A stretch of DNA of 64,000 nt from the human T2T-CHM13v2.0 reference genome, Homo sapiens. The notes under the pieces are model-generated. The model worked only from the letters and a program-made list of their open reading frames with translations, did no database searches and was not told where the DNA came from. Shown in pieces: positions 48,701-62,424 of the stretch (its first letter is position 1; the number at the start of each line of letters is the position of its first letter). The stretch lies in the NCBI RefSeq assembly GCF_009914755.1, contig NC_060925.1. The stretch is one strand, 5' to 3'. The position numbers and the translations under genes are program-made.

Positions 48701-50149
48701 AAATAATTCCATCCATGAGGACCTTCTGAGGTGTATTCAGATATGGCTATTTTGATCCACTGCTAGGAGATACTAAGATACTCAAACCGCATTTACTATT
48801 TCCTAGTGTCCTATCAGTCCCCTTTGCTCTCCCCATCCCTGCACTTTTTAATTGCCTTTCTCTCACTTTACAAAAGAAAGGAGTTTCCCTCACCCATTCG
48901 CAACTTTACTGTGCTTTACTCTCCAGAATGGAAAAGTTTTCAGGGCACCAAACAAAAAGGACAATTAAAAACATTTTTCAGGGGTGTGTTTCCTTATTGA
49001 TAAATTAAGGCACAAAGCTCATCTTAGGGCCTTCAGTCCTTCCCTGCTTTAGTCAAGAGCAAGCTACAAGCTCAGTAATGGGCCCTTGTAGAAGTGGTCT
49101 TTAATCAGTCATCCTATAGAGTAGCGGCAGTGGAATGTTGGCAATTTGGGGTAAGGACCTCTTCTCTGCATTCCTCAAGGCTTGTCCAAGAATGCATTGC
49201 TTTTGACAGGGTCCCAGGAGAGCAAAGAAAAGACATCATAAAGAATAACAAAGGCTAAAAAAATGTCCTTTTTTCCTCACATATTAAACATAAGCAACTC
49301 TTTTCAAATATTCTCAGTACCAACCCTAGGATGGCCAAAAACAAAAGAAGAAGGAAAGAAGGAAGGAGGGAAGGAAAAGGGAAGGGAGGAAAGGCTCTTT
49401 GAATAGCCAAAGCAGCACAGGTTTGTAATGTTAATTCTTTTAAACACAAATAAAATGTATTCAGGGCTACTAACACTTACAAGTTAAGCCAGATAAAACC
49501 ACAGAGAGAAATTGTATACGCTTTCTTTTGAATGCAGTGTGCATTATTCAATAGGTACTTAAAATCTATTTTATCAAATAATGTAATATGTATTCCAGTT
49601 ACAATCAATCCTGAGACTATTTCATCTTATAAAATGTTTAAAATTTGTTTCTCCTACACCTTCTATTAATCAAAAAATAAAATTAAATGCTAGCTACTGG
49701 ACCAATTCATCTTTAGTAACATATACATTGCTTTTTCATTAAATCAGTTGGAGAGTTTATCTCAATGTCTAATGAAATTAAAGGAGTTATTTCTGTTTTT
49801 TATACAAGATTTTAATTTAATTATTCCCAAAAGCCAACTCTAAAACTCAGTTCACATATGCATGCATATTTGCGACACTTTTATTATGTATTTTCTTTTG
49901 TTTCATAAATAACTTGCATTTTTGGCTTCATATAACATTTAATTGTGACTAAGTAATGAGAAACAGCATAGAGATTTATTCTTGCTTTTATAATTTACCA
50001 TAAAATAGATTAATTATATTATATCCTTCATGATTTTAATCTTGACTGCTTTTTAGTAATCTTTTTACAAGATTATAAGTAATCCCTCTTATAGTAGTTT
50101 TTATAATATTCCTTCAAATATATGATGTTGATTTGAATTAAAAATTTAA

Positions 50150-51100
50150 GTCAGACTCTTTTTACAGAAAGTAAGTCTGATTTGCAGACTGGTTTGACAA
50201 GAAAGACTGGCTTTGCTAAAGAGATTATGCATAAGGCATTTTTCATAAATTGAATGAGCTAAATCTGAGCTATATGGTTTTGACAAAAAGACACTTGAAG
50301 CATGCAATAAAACAAATGCATCTGGCTTTTTAAAATGCATTGAAAAAAGTATATTGAAATTTACAATATTTTAATTTTTCAATCTTTTCTTTTCTTTTTT
50401 TTTTTTTTTTTGAGATGGAGTCTTGCTCTGTTGCCAGGCTGGAGTGCAGTGGATCTCAGCTCACTGCAACTTCTGCCTTCTGGGTTCAAGTGATTCTCAT
50501 GCCTCAGCCTCCCAAGTAGCTGGGATTACAGGCATGCGCCACCACACCCCACTAATTTTTTTTGTATTTTTAGTAGAGATGGGGTTTCACCATGTTGGCC
50601 AGGATGGTCTCGGTCTCCTGACCTCGTGATCCACCCATCTCGGCCTCCCAAAGTGCTGGGATTACAGGTTGTGAGCCACCGTGCCTGGCCTCAATCTTTT
50701 CTTAATAAGTTGAATGAGACAAGTTGCTGCTAAGTTAAAAAAAAAAATGAATAAAAGATGTAATTAATAGTCATTAAATAAATTTTGGAAAAGGATTTTT
50801 GGATATTCCCAGAAATTGAGAAAGGGAATGGTTCCAATTATGGGCAACAAATACCTTAGGAAGTCTTTTTCTCTTTTGACAGAATTGAAAAAGAAAATAA
50901 TTTTTGATGATAGGTCACTGTGTGATTTGGAGCATTTGAACCCAAAAAGATTTCAAATAATTGATGAAGTTACCATAATAAAACATCTGTTCCCATCAAC
51001 TTACACATGTAAGCAAAATTAATCAATGTGCACATTTATAAAAGTGAAACCAGTTTTCAATAAAGAATAGAATGGATTTATATCCTTTATCATTCTAGCA
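50150..51100 (+). pseudogene. Decayed hAT transposase (C-terminal part including hATC dimerisation motif)
   Basis: Frameshifted DWL...F.KLNELNLS near 50205-50275; FPSTYTC (cf. FPSTYLCE) in ORF 50816-51022; interrupted by Alu. Confidence 0.65.
50392..50690 (-). mobile_element. AluS (AluSc-like)
   Basis: Full Alu; perfect 13-bp TSD tcaatcttttctt at 50379-50391 and 50691-50703. Confidence 0.95.
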
Positions 51101-51479
51101 AAAAGGAATATTTATTATCTAATTGGAGGATCTCACTAATCTCATTAAGAGATGTAGTCCCAATAAATTTCTACTATGTTTAAGTTAGCAATGACAAAAT
51201 TTATGTTATATTTATGTTTTTTGGCAATGTGTACACTGAATTATAATGATTATTCATTGAAGAAGTAATTTTGACATTTGGAAACTTATGGAAACATACT
51301 AATAGTAAAATTTCTGATTACACACAACAATATGAATGAACTTAACATTACTGAACTGTACACTTCAAAAAGACTGTCAAGCATAAAAACATATCACATT
51401 AGAATAAAATTCTGTGGGAGTTAGAATACAAAAGTGAGTTTAAGAAGATTAGAGAATGAAATAAAATTTCTCAATGTTA

Positions 51480-51645
<166 letters not shown>

Positions 51646-52006
51646 TAGAGAACAGTTTCACATAGTTTTTAAAGGACGATGATAGATCACTATAATATTC
51701 CAATTCCATTGAATACATCGAACAAGTAGTAATGGTTTCATTTTAAAGAGTCAGTACTTATAATACCCTGAAATTATACCTTTTGGAATGATTCCAAACT
51801 TAATGGAGAAAATTGTAGATGTTAGCTTAAAGATGTTTGAGGAGCTACATAGACTTTCAGAGTACTTTCAGAGGCATGTGAGGAAAACTGAAAGGCACTG
51901 TCTTTGAGCATGGGGAGAAGGCCCAGGAGAGGCCAGCCCCGTGCTTCCTGTGGAGTTGTGATTTTTCTGTCCTTGTTCCTCCCACTTCATTCCTTATGGC
52001 CATTTC

Positions 52007-52302
52007 TTTTTTTTTTCTTTTGCAGACAGAGTCTCACTCTGTTGCCCAGGCTGGAGTGCAGTGGCATGATCTCGGCTCACTGCAACCTCTGGCTCTCAGG
52101 TTCAAGTGATTCTCCTTCCTCAGCCTCCTGAGTAGCTGGGATTACAGACGCATGCCACCACGCTCGGCTAATTTTTGTATTTTTAGTAAAGATGGGGTTT
52201 CACCATGTTGGCCAGGATGGTCTCGATCTCCTGACCTCATGATCCACCCGCCTCAGCCTCCCAAAATGTTGGGATTACAGCCGTGAGCCATGGTGCCCGG
52301 CC
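52007..52302 (-). mobile_element. AluS
   Basis: Full Alu; TSD cttatggccatttctttt / cttacgtccatttctttt. Confidence 0.95.
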
Positions 52303-52585
52303 TCTTACGTCCATTTCTTTTCTCCTGGAGAAAGCAGTGACCCTGTGGAGCAGTTTTTAAAGGTATGTGACCTTCTCAGGCTCTAACCATTCTATGCTGC
52401 AATAGCCTTTCTGTTCAAAAGAAAACTGAGTTGGGCCAGGTTTTTTATTATATGGACTGGTTTCATTTATTTAGGAAGGAGAGAAGGTGGAAACCTTTAT
52501 TTATTGAATATCTGCCATGTGCTAGATACTGTGCAGGATGCTGTCTAAATAATCTCATTTATTAACAAGAAAAATCAAGATTATT

Positions 52586-52889
<304 letters not shown>

Positions 52890-55800
52890 AAGATTATTTT
52901 TATATGTGGTTATTATTACACTAAGCATTTACTATGTACCAGACACAGAGCTGGAAACTTTACATAAACGATTTAATCAATTTCTAGAATAATCCTATGA
53001 GGTGGGAATTATCTCATTTTTCAGATAAGAATATAAATCTTGCAAGACTAAGCAGCTAGGAAGGGACAAAAACCTCATCATGATGCCAAAAGCCACATTT
53101 CGACCTCAAGCATTGTCATTCCCATTTAAAAATGAGGGTCTGAGAGTCCCAACAAGTTGCCACGATCACAATTGGTAAGACCCAAGTCAGTCTGAGTCAT
53201 TCATTCCTTATTTTATTCCAGATAGGAAGGAATTAAGGCACTGCCTGATAACAACAAATAGTCATGTTTACCTAGAAGTCTCCAAGTACATTATTCGCCT
53301 TGCTTCTCTGCCAATGTTATAAAGTGGGCAGAATTGATTTTACTATGTTACTATCCCCCTTTTTTTTCTTTTTCTTTTTTTTCAAATGAAGGAACTGAAA
53401 TACCCAGAACCTTTTCTGAAACTTGCATGGCCATCTTAGCATCCTTTCAGCTCCTGATAGGAGCAGTCTGACAGCTGTGAAAACCAAGCCTAGGCAGCTG
53501 ATGCCACGAACACTGGGGCCCCTGAGCTCCCAGGGCTGGTACAGCTAAGCAAGGGAAAGGAGCCCCAACACACTGTCTTATGCTTTTTTGGCTATCACTG
53601 AAGGTGCGGGCTTCTAACTCACACTTCCCATCGTGTAGGGAAACTGTGTTCACAGCCTCTCTCCTGGTTTTGAGCAGGAGCTTTTGGGCCCTGGCCCAGG
53701 AGTGTTTAGGAAAGGCACATGCCTTTAGGGGTCTTGAGAAAATAATGTTAATGAGGAGGGGAGGTCGTGCGAAAAGAGAGGCCTATGGCCTATGGTTAAT
53801 GAGTCGAGGCGCTTGTTTTGTTGCTTCATAAAGTCAGGGTCTTCATTGGACTTTGCATAAGGGCCTGTTTTTACTAATTATGTCCCAGGCAATGGCAAGG
53901 GGCAGTCATTTAAACATAATGTAACATGTGCAAAAATTCTAACAGTAATCTGATTACAAGAGAACCAGAGCTGTGGAGCAGCATGCTAACGTTGATAGAA
54001 CGGGCAAGAGACAGACCCACGGGAGGCAGGCCCTCCCCAGCGAGGCTCTTCTGTGAACTGCCTGCAGGAGCTCCCCAAATTCCCCTGCCTATCCTATCCC
54101 ACTCTTCCTGGGAATGGTGCGTTCCGAGAAAATATAAATGGTCTCATGTGTGTGCTTTTTTTTTTTTTTTTAGGATTAGAGAAGAAGAAGTAGCTTTTGT
54201 TTTGTTGGGGTTTTGTTGTTGTTGTTGTTGTTTTCCCCCAGTTGACTAAACATGACATCCAACCTACAGGCTTGGAAAACAACTTGACTAGCAGTCTGAG
54301 CGATTAGACAGGACAACAGCCTGGGGTATTCTCTCGTGGACTAGGGGAAGCCCAGGCTGTCTTTTCTTCCGAAATTTGTGGCAATCATCAAAAAAGAGCA
54401 GCTGTCAAATTCGCCTTCTGCCCCAGTGGGGCCACCAGGCCACTGCAGTCTTTCTTTAATTGGTTTATTAATCTTATAATGCAATACCATCCTCTGTCTC
54501 ATTGTTCCTCACTAGCTCACCAGGCCTGGACTTTGTAAATATGTTTAATTAAGCTCCCAAAGCCACAAGCCTTCTCTCTTCTTGGTTACACTCTCCCACC
54601 AGGCCGACACCAGCCAGAACTGAAACAAACAACTGGCTCCGTCCCCCTGTCCATCTGCTCCCACGTGGGGGTGGGGATGCAAGGGGAGGACATTCTGCAG
54701 GAAGAAATATCCCCCACCCTAGATGAGAGGTGCTGCCTTCCATGGCAGGAGGCCTGCTGTTCTGTGGGGAAACATGAACTAGGTGTTCCAGAGAGAGAGG
54801 AGAGAAAAGGACACCATTCAAACTTGTGGGTATAAATCTCTCTTTCTTCTAGACACCCACATGTGTTTGGGAAGGAAATCTCCCTGCTACAAAGGAGTGG
54901 CTCTTCTCTAATATGTTTTGAGCTCCCACCCTGGAAACACAGGGGGTGCAGGGAAGCTGGTGGGGGCATGGGACATGAAGTCAGGAAGAGAAGGTGAAAA
55001 TATCCGGAGACAGGTCTGGGGAAGAATTGCACTTGAACATGTTCTACAACTGCTGTGTGCATGTCTGTCTTACCCAATAAACCCCGAGTCCTAGCAGACA
55101 AGGATCAGTATCTAGCACAGTGCAGGGTGTGTAGGGGACATATAAGTTTGGAAGGAGAGAAGGAGGGAAAAAGGGAGCAAGGGGAAAAGGGAGGGAGGGA
55201 AGGAATGAAGAAAAAGCAGGTGGGTGGGTGGATGGACAGATGGATGATGTGGTAGGGATTTGAACCAGGGACCACATTAACTGTTATACAGACCATGTGG
55301 CTTCAGGAAACCAAACAATGGGGTTCTTTGCATAGAAGAGTCTCTTCCTAGGAAGGTATTCAGAGAGTTTGGTCAGAGATGGCTTATATGAAGTCTGCAT
55401 TGGATACCACCAAAATAATGCCAGGAGGAAGGAAAAAAACCCAATCTCTACCACTTGTTTTGAAGACAAGATGCTAAACAACTCACTGCTTGGGTTGCAG
55501 AGGTTTTTAAAATTTATTCATGTATTTGTTTTTACTGAATTGTGTGCACAGGGCACTCAGAATATACAAAACAGTAAACATTAAATCTACCATCCGGATA
55601 TTTCTAAACATCTGGGCATTTGGCATCACATTGACCCCAACATGTTGTCATATGACCGTGGAGTTGGAGCCCAGAGCAGACACAGGCAGAGGAGGCAGCA
55701 CATGGAGAGGGGTGTTTAGCTCACCCATCCCAGAATGCCTGTGGATGTCCATGTCTCAAATACTCTGATGTATTGTCAGGCTATGTCCAAATTTTTAATT

Positions 55801-56251
55801 TGGAAACTATAGTCACAATAGATACAGGGATAAAAGAAACAGTATGAGGGAGAGGGAGAAAAAAAGGAAGAAAAGACAGGGAAGGAAAGACAGCAAATGA
55901 GAAAGGGACCTGGCTGGGGCACTTCTTTGAGCAGTGGGGATGGAACAGTTAGAAAACGCGTGCCACACCGTATGGCATTCCCAAGGGGTGCTGTTTCCAC
56001 AGCCACCGTCTAACACTGCTGTGGGCTGTTCTCATCCCAACCCCAAGGCTCAGATGGAAATAGCCCAAGCACTAGGTTCCCCTGGAGCTTACCTTACACC
56101 AGGTTTAGTAACACTGTCGTTTTCCTCACCTCAGTGGTGTGGGACAGAGAGGGAAGAGTGAGAATCTCCCCATTCTACAGACAGGGAAGCCAAGGCTCGG
56201 GAGGGAACAGAAGGTAGCCAGCGATGAGCTGAAAGGTGGAGGTAAATCTAA

Positions 56252-56588
<337 letters not shown>

Positions 56589-56842
56589 ATTTTCCTTTTC
56601 TAGAGGTAAGAGCTCAGAGAAGCCTTAATTGAAATAATTCCCCGCTACCCACATATAGATCAAAAGACAGGCAAGATGAGGCGAGACTGTTTGGAAGCCT
56701 GGAGAAGATTGGCACCACTTTAAACATGGCCCTCCACATACACACCTCCTCATACCCAAACATACACATGTTCATGCCACATGTCCTTAAGATTTATTTT
56801 GTTAAACCCATGAAGTGAAGACCATCCTCTCTACAGAGTCCC

Positions 56843-56869
56843 CCTGCCTGCCTGCCTGCCTGCCTGCCT
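56843..56869. repeat. (CCTG)6 tetranucleotide repeat
   Basis: Direct reading. Confidence 0.92.
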
Positions 56870-57349
56870 AGAATCTCCCTGTGTTTTTATTTCCTGTACT
56901 GGGTGATTGATTACAGAAGAGCAAATTAGCTCCTACTGCTTTTAAGATGCATTTTCTTTCTTAAAGAGAAGATGATGTGAGCATTACTTCTCCCTGTCCA
57001 CTGTGTGCCTTGGCTTTGGGCCTGTAGTCACTGCAGCTTTGGTAGGGCCTTCCTGGAAGGGAGGAGTACAGCAGCATCTGCTAGCCTGCAGCTAGGCCCA
57101 CCCTGGGGGCCCAGTCCTGCACCCACTCTGCTTTCCCCAGGCTTCTCCTCCTGTCCCAGGAGACTCTCTGGTTACTCCAAACTATTTTCACCCTTCTCTC
57201 TGTACCAATACATGTGAATTCAGTTGCCTAGCAGAGTAGATGCTGTTGAATGAATGATGAAGTAAATGATGAATGAATTATAAAGACTAAAATCTCAACT
57301 TAATGAAATAAATGTGCTCTGGGCTCCAAAGCATGCTCCCCTGCCCACA

Positions 57350-57379
57350 TCTCTGTCTCTCTCCTCTCTCTGTCTCTCT

Positions 57380-57435
<56 letters not shown>
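57350..57435. repeat. (CT)n microsatellite, about 25 pure units
   Basis: Direct reading. Confidence 0.95.
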
Positions 57436-57438
<3 letters not shown>

Positions 57439-57444
57439 GGTCTT

Positions 57445-57541
57445 GCTATTCAAAGTAGTTCCTGGACCAGCAACATCAGCAGTCACCTGGGAGCAAGGTT
57501 CCAAGGAGACCTATATACAAATTAAACCTCGAGAAGCACTG
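57445..57541. mobile_element. MER5A fragment
   Basis: tattcaaagtagttcctggaccagcaacatcagcagtcacctgggag...gagaagcactg. Confidence 0.65.
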
Positions 57542-59055
57542 CTGTGTGGTCCTGAGTGGAGGCAGGCTGGTAGACAAAATGATCTCTCAAGGCCCCTCAT
57601 TGCTTTACATGTCTCTCAACATGATCTCAGATAAAGACGGTTACGAGAAGACTTAGCCCAGGGTCACTGTACACCTACAGGACCGGCCTGGAATGTGGAA
57701 GGTAGAATTTCAACTCTTTCCCTCCCGGTCTAGTCCTTCCTGCTGTAATGCTCCTTTGGAGGTCCCAGCTGACAGAGTCAGAGCACAGCATGGCTTTGCT
57801 CTAACTAATTGCCAACAGTTGGCTGAAGCTACATTTGTTATTCAAAAAGCCTCATTAATCTCCTAATGCCAGTGTAGCCATGGCTGCTAATGGTGCCTCT
57901 CATCTCCCCACACCCAGTTCCGGATGGGGCATCCTGGCTCCTGGCAGCAGAGCAGCAGGAAATGGCTTCCTTCTCAGAAGGCTAAGCTAGTATCTGGGGT
58001 CATGGAGCCGGGCTGATTTAGAACCTGGCTGAGTTCCACCTGTGGATGGAGTGGTACTAGGAGGCTGGACTCAAATCTGGGTCATCCTTGGGTCACAGAG
58101 CCTTGGAATGGTTCAGGTAGGTGGAAGAATGGATTATAGAATACCACAAGAAGGCTTATGTGAGACCTCTTGGATGAGCTGAGCTGAGCTGCCCCCTCAC
58201 AGCCAAATCAAGAAATCCACTGCTTGTCTCTTGGGTATAGGGATGGGCTCTATCTCGCGAAACCCTGCAGCATGTTTGGACATGGAAGAGGTGCCTTCCA
58301 GAAAGCTCATGATGGGGAAGTCCTGAACAACTAGAGAGCCTTTGCCAAGGTTGAATCGAGGTTGAAACCTGCATGTATCCTATGGCCCAGAGAACATGAT
58401 TTCAGTGCTTTCCTGTCTTCTTTCTCTAAGTTCTGCCTCTGTGGGTCTGTCTTTCCACGACTATAAACTCCGAAGGGACGGGATCTGCTGTGTCTTTCAC
58501 ACCTAACCCCTCACATCCCCAGTACTGGCCCTGCTGACTCATGAGCCATCCACCTGACTCACAGTCAGATATGGAGGTACAGGAGAGAGTATGAGGGGGA
58601 CGGGAAGAAGGAGAAATAGCAGAGGAGAAAAAGGAGCAAGCAAAGAAGAGAGCTGGCAGAGCATACCTCTGGGCAGGGAGAATACGATGAGTATCAAGAA
58701 TAAGACGCTCCGTGAAGACTCATGCCACTGCCCCCAGTGGCTATGGGTCTGGACCCAGATGGGTGCACCAACCGCAGCAGCAGGGCTGAGACAGGCGCAG
58801 CCTAGGAGGGCTCCATCCTCTTTTTACTTCCAAAATTTTATTATAACATTTTCCAGACAGAAAAATTGAAAGAATTTCACAGAAAATGCCCAATATAGAT
58901 AGTGGGTATATAGGTGCCCATCTTTTTCGCTGTTTTTGTTTTTCCAAGGGACCAGATCCTCTGGCCTCGATCAATTCAATCCCATCAGTATTGCCCAAGC
59001 TTAGATGCGCGGGCAGCCTTCTCACCAGCCATTATTAAGGTATTTGTTAGAACAA

Positions 59056-59074
59056 CACTGCCCCCTGCTGACTA
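59056..59074 (-). promoter_or_regulatory. Candidate CTCF site (reverse orientation)
   Basis: Minus strand TAGTCAGCAGGGGGCAGTG vs core CCASYAGRKGGCRS (first C replaced by T). Confidence 0.55.
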
Positions 59075-59641
59075 CAGGCTCTCACTTCTCTGGGACGGCT
59101 CTGCCTTGCAAAGGGCTAAGAGAGGGCTGGATCAGATTGTTCCTTCCCAGCCCTTTGCTTTGTCCCTCCCGTGTCTACCCTTAGCTTTGCCTCCACCCTC
59201 AACTTTAGTTCCTGGGGCACCCGCCCAGGCACAGCAATGAGCACCCGACTGAGACTCAGACAAGCTCAGACAATTAAGCAATGTGTGAGGCCAGCAAATG
59301 TCTTTTATCTTCATTTTTCTACAACTTTTCACTGAGTACTGCTTGTGTGAGGTGCAGCACTAGGGCTGTAGGCAGGGCAAAGCTATGTCTCCAGGCTGTG
59401 GATAAATAACTTGACCGCCTGGAGCCTCACTTTCCTCCTCTGTGAAATAGGGATCATCAGACTCTTTCTTTTCTGCTTCAGAGAGGGGCTGTCAAGCAAA
59501 GAATGAGAAAGAGCGCAATGAACCTGATGGTTTCAGACATAACTGGGAAGATCTAGAAAGCATTCACCTTCTTAAGGCTACAACTGAACCTATTTCCAGG
59601 TGATTTCTTAACTTCAGGTAAGTAGCTTGGGCCTTAGTATA

Positions 59642-60013
59642 TGTATTAGTCCGTTTTCACGCTGCTGATAAAGACATACTCAAGACTGGGGAATTTATAA
59701 AAGAAAGAGGTTTAATTGACTCACAGTTCAGCATGGCTGGGGAGGCCTCACAATCATGGTGGAAGATGAAGGAAGAGCAAAGGAACATCTTACGTGGTGG
59801 CTAACAAAGAAAAAATGAGAGTCAAGCAAAAGGGGTTTCCCCTTATAAAACCGTCAGCTCTATTGAGACTTATTCACTACCGTGAGAACAGTATGGGGGA
59901 CACTATCCCGATGATTCAATTATCTCCCACCAGGTCCCTCCCACAACACATGGGAATCATGGGAGCTACAATTCACAATGAGATTTGGGTGGGGACAGAG
60001 CCAAACCACATCA
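59642..60013 (-). mobile_element. THE1 (THE1C-like) solo LTR
   Basis: tgtattagtccgttttcacgctgctgataaagacat...agccaaaccacatca; perfect TSD gtata. Confidence 0.95.
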
Positions 60014-60203
60014 GTATATTTGTAGTTAAATATTCTCAGGTGTTTAGTGTTTAAATGTCTCTACCAAAGGAAAGAAGTAAAGCAGAATGGATCATCCCAA
60101 ACACTGGTGGCCTCTGGGGCAAGCTCCCTGTATAACTGGAAGCTGACAGAGCGAGATCTCACCTCAGGCTTCTGGCACCTGTTTCATTCAAGATCAGTTA
60201 CAG

Positions 60204-60372
60204 CTGTGGTTCTCAATCCTGAGCTAGATCAGAATTACCTGAGGGAGTTGTTAAAACCCAGACTCTGGCCCCATCCTCAGCCTCTGATTCAGCTTGCGTG
60301 GGGTGAAGCCTGGGGGTTTGCATCTCTTAAACATCCCCCGATACTTACCTGGGACCAGACTGGGAACCACTG
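60204..60372. mobile_element. MER5A hAT MITE
   Basis: gtggttctcaa...atcagaattacctgagggag...tgggaaccactg. Confidence 0.8.
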
Positions 60373-60379
60373 AGCTCGG

Positions 60380-60740
60380 CTCCGCTTTGGCAACAACTCC
60401 TGAATCTCAGTGACTTTGCACCACAGAAGTTTATTTTTCGCTTGTGCTACCCATGGATAAGAAAGAGTCAGTGCAGCTCTGCTCCACATAGTCACTCAAG
60501 AGCCCAGGCCCACTTAGGTCCCCCCACCCACCTTATAGCTGCAGCTTCTGGAACATGTGACCTTCTTGGTTGCTGTGGCACAGGAAAAGAAACTGAAGAA
60601 TCATGTGTGGGCTTTTAACTGTCTCAGCCCAGAAGTGATGATATAAGCCACATGCACTCACATTTCACTGACCAGAGCTACTCACATGGCCCTGCCCACA
60701 TTCCAGGCAGGAGTCTTCCATGTCTCTAGAAGAAGTGGAT
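60380..60740 (-). mobile_element. MLT1J/K-type MaLR LTR
   Basis: aatctcagtgactt...agtttatttttcgct...ctctgctccacatagtcactca...cacatttcactgaccagagcta. Confidence 0.7.
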
Positions 60741-60764
60741 TGGATGTTGGTGAATGCTTGTACT

Positions 60765-61198
60765 TGTGGGGACAAGAATGACTTTATTTTAAATGGTAAT
60801 TCATCATGTAACTTATGACTAACCCCGAGTCCAGGAATGCCTCCGAAATGTCTAGTTGATGTATTACTCTTTATGTAGGAACATCTATTCATTGTAAGTT
60901 TCCTCCAAAACAACCCTTGTAGTTGCAGAAATCAAAGGCTGTGACACCCATAGCCATCTACACATCCCTTCCAGAGCATGTATGCTTTTTCTTCAAGATA
61001 TAAGCCCTGGGTCTGGGGGGTGTTGTGGTGCAGAGATCTACCTGTCTTGGGACCACCCAAGACCTTGCTTCTGCCTGTAAGTTCCCCATAATAAATCATT
61101 CAAAACTGACAAACTATATTTGTCTGCCTCTTTCTTTGGTTACTTGGCTCCTTCTGCATTTGGAGGTTGCCTTATACATGCGGCCCTTTCATGGAACA
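60765..61198 (+). mobile_element. ERVL-class solo LTR (LTR47-like)
   Basis: TG...CA ends, perfect 5-bp TSD gtact, TATAA at 60999, AATAAA at 61090. Confidence 0.85.
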
Positions 61199-61319
61199 GT
61201 ACTGTCAACCATACCAAGCAAGCATATCTCTTTTCACTCTCAAGAACATGTGTGATCACAGCAAAATGGGGTGGTGGTTAGCGGGAACAAATATCTGGCC
61301 TCATAAGTCTTGGTCATTT

Positions 61320-61595
61320 ATGATGATGATGATGATGATGATGATGACAGAAAATAACTACTGAGTGCTCACTATGTTCCAGGAACTGTTCTAAGTAGTT
61401 TTTGTGTATCAACTCGTTTAACCCTCACAATAACCTTACATGGTAAGTACCATTTATACCCATTTTATAAATGAGGAAACTGAGGCAAAGTGTGATTACA
61501 TCGCTCACCCAGGTCATAGAGCTATAAGAGACACAGCTGGGATTATAATCCAACCAGTCTGACACCAGAGTCCATGTTTTAAATCACTGTTCTGC
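61320..61595 (-). mobile_element. MIR with an (ATG)9 microsatellite at its 3' end (61320-61346)
   Basis: cccattttataaatgaggaaactgaggc core; direct reading of the repeat. Confidence 0.85.
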
Positions 61596-62424
61596 TCTAT
61601 CACTACCCAGCTAACTTTATTTTTGAAGATAAGAGGAGACTATAGTAGAAGGCCTGATTATGATTAATAGATAAGTGAATAGTTCAAACCCGAATAATCC
61701 AAATACAAACAGTTCTACAGAGAGGGGATCCCCACCCAAGCATCTCTACTGATATCCCAAATATGCCCAAATATGTCAAAATGGTTTCCAGTTCCAACAG
61801 AAGGGCTTTCAGGGTCCTCACCAATGCCCCACAATGTCTGGAAGGCCATTCAGGTAGTGTCTGTTCCCCCCTAAAATCACACTCTTCCTAGTAAATTGAT
61901 CAGGAGGATGGACAATTTTTTTTTTTTTTTTTTTTGCATTTCTCAAAGAATTGCCTCCCAGGTCATACAGATCCCCCTTAGGAGGATCTTATGCCCACTT
62001 TCCTCCCTGTTTCCCCCTACACTTCCCCTTGGCCCTATTCCATCTGGAAAGACAAACTGTAGAGTCCCCAACCTGACCCAAGCATCTACTCTTTCTCTAC
62101 CCTGGTGGGCCAGTGGCAGGTTCTTATTTGACAATATCATCATAAGAGGATTTAAGTCTTAGCATCAGTAAGAAAAAGCAATTCTTCAGGTTGAAGCATC
62201 TACACAAAAAATAACCTTTCTCCCTACTGATTGTGATAGCCTCTTGTAACTTCAATAAGTATGCTATTAAAAACTCTGTTTCTTTATTCTGTCTCACCAA
62301 ATACCCCCTCCCCACAATAAATTGGGAAATGAAATATATATATATATGAGATAGAAAAATCCCACCTGGACTCACTGGATTAGGTGAATTTGTTTTCCTC
62401 ATTGGTGGATGCGTAGGATTTAGC

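Noticed and set aside
47561-48782. A novel fold-back transposon bounded by a 20-bp TSD
   Set aside because: The right arm and the second repeat lie inside a Charlie7-like element with its own termini and TSD; there is no poly-A tail and no terminal inverted repeats at the 20-mers
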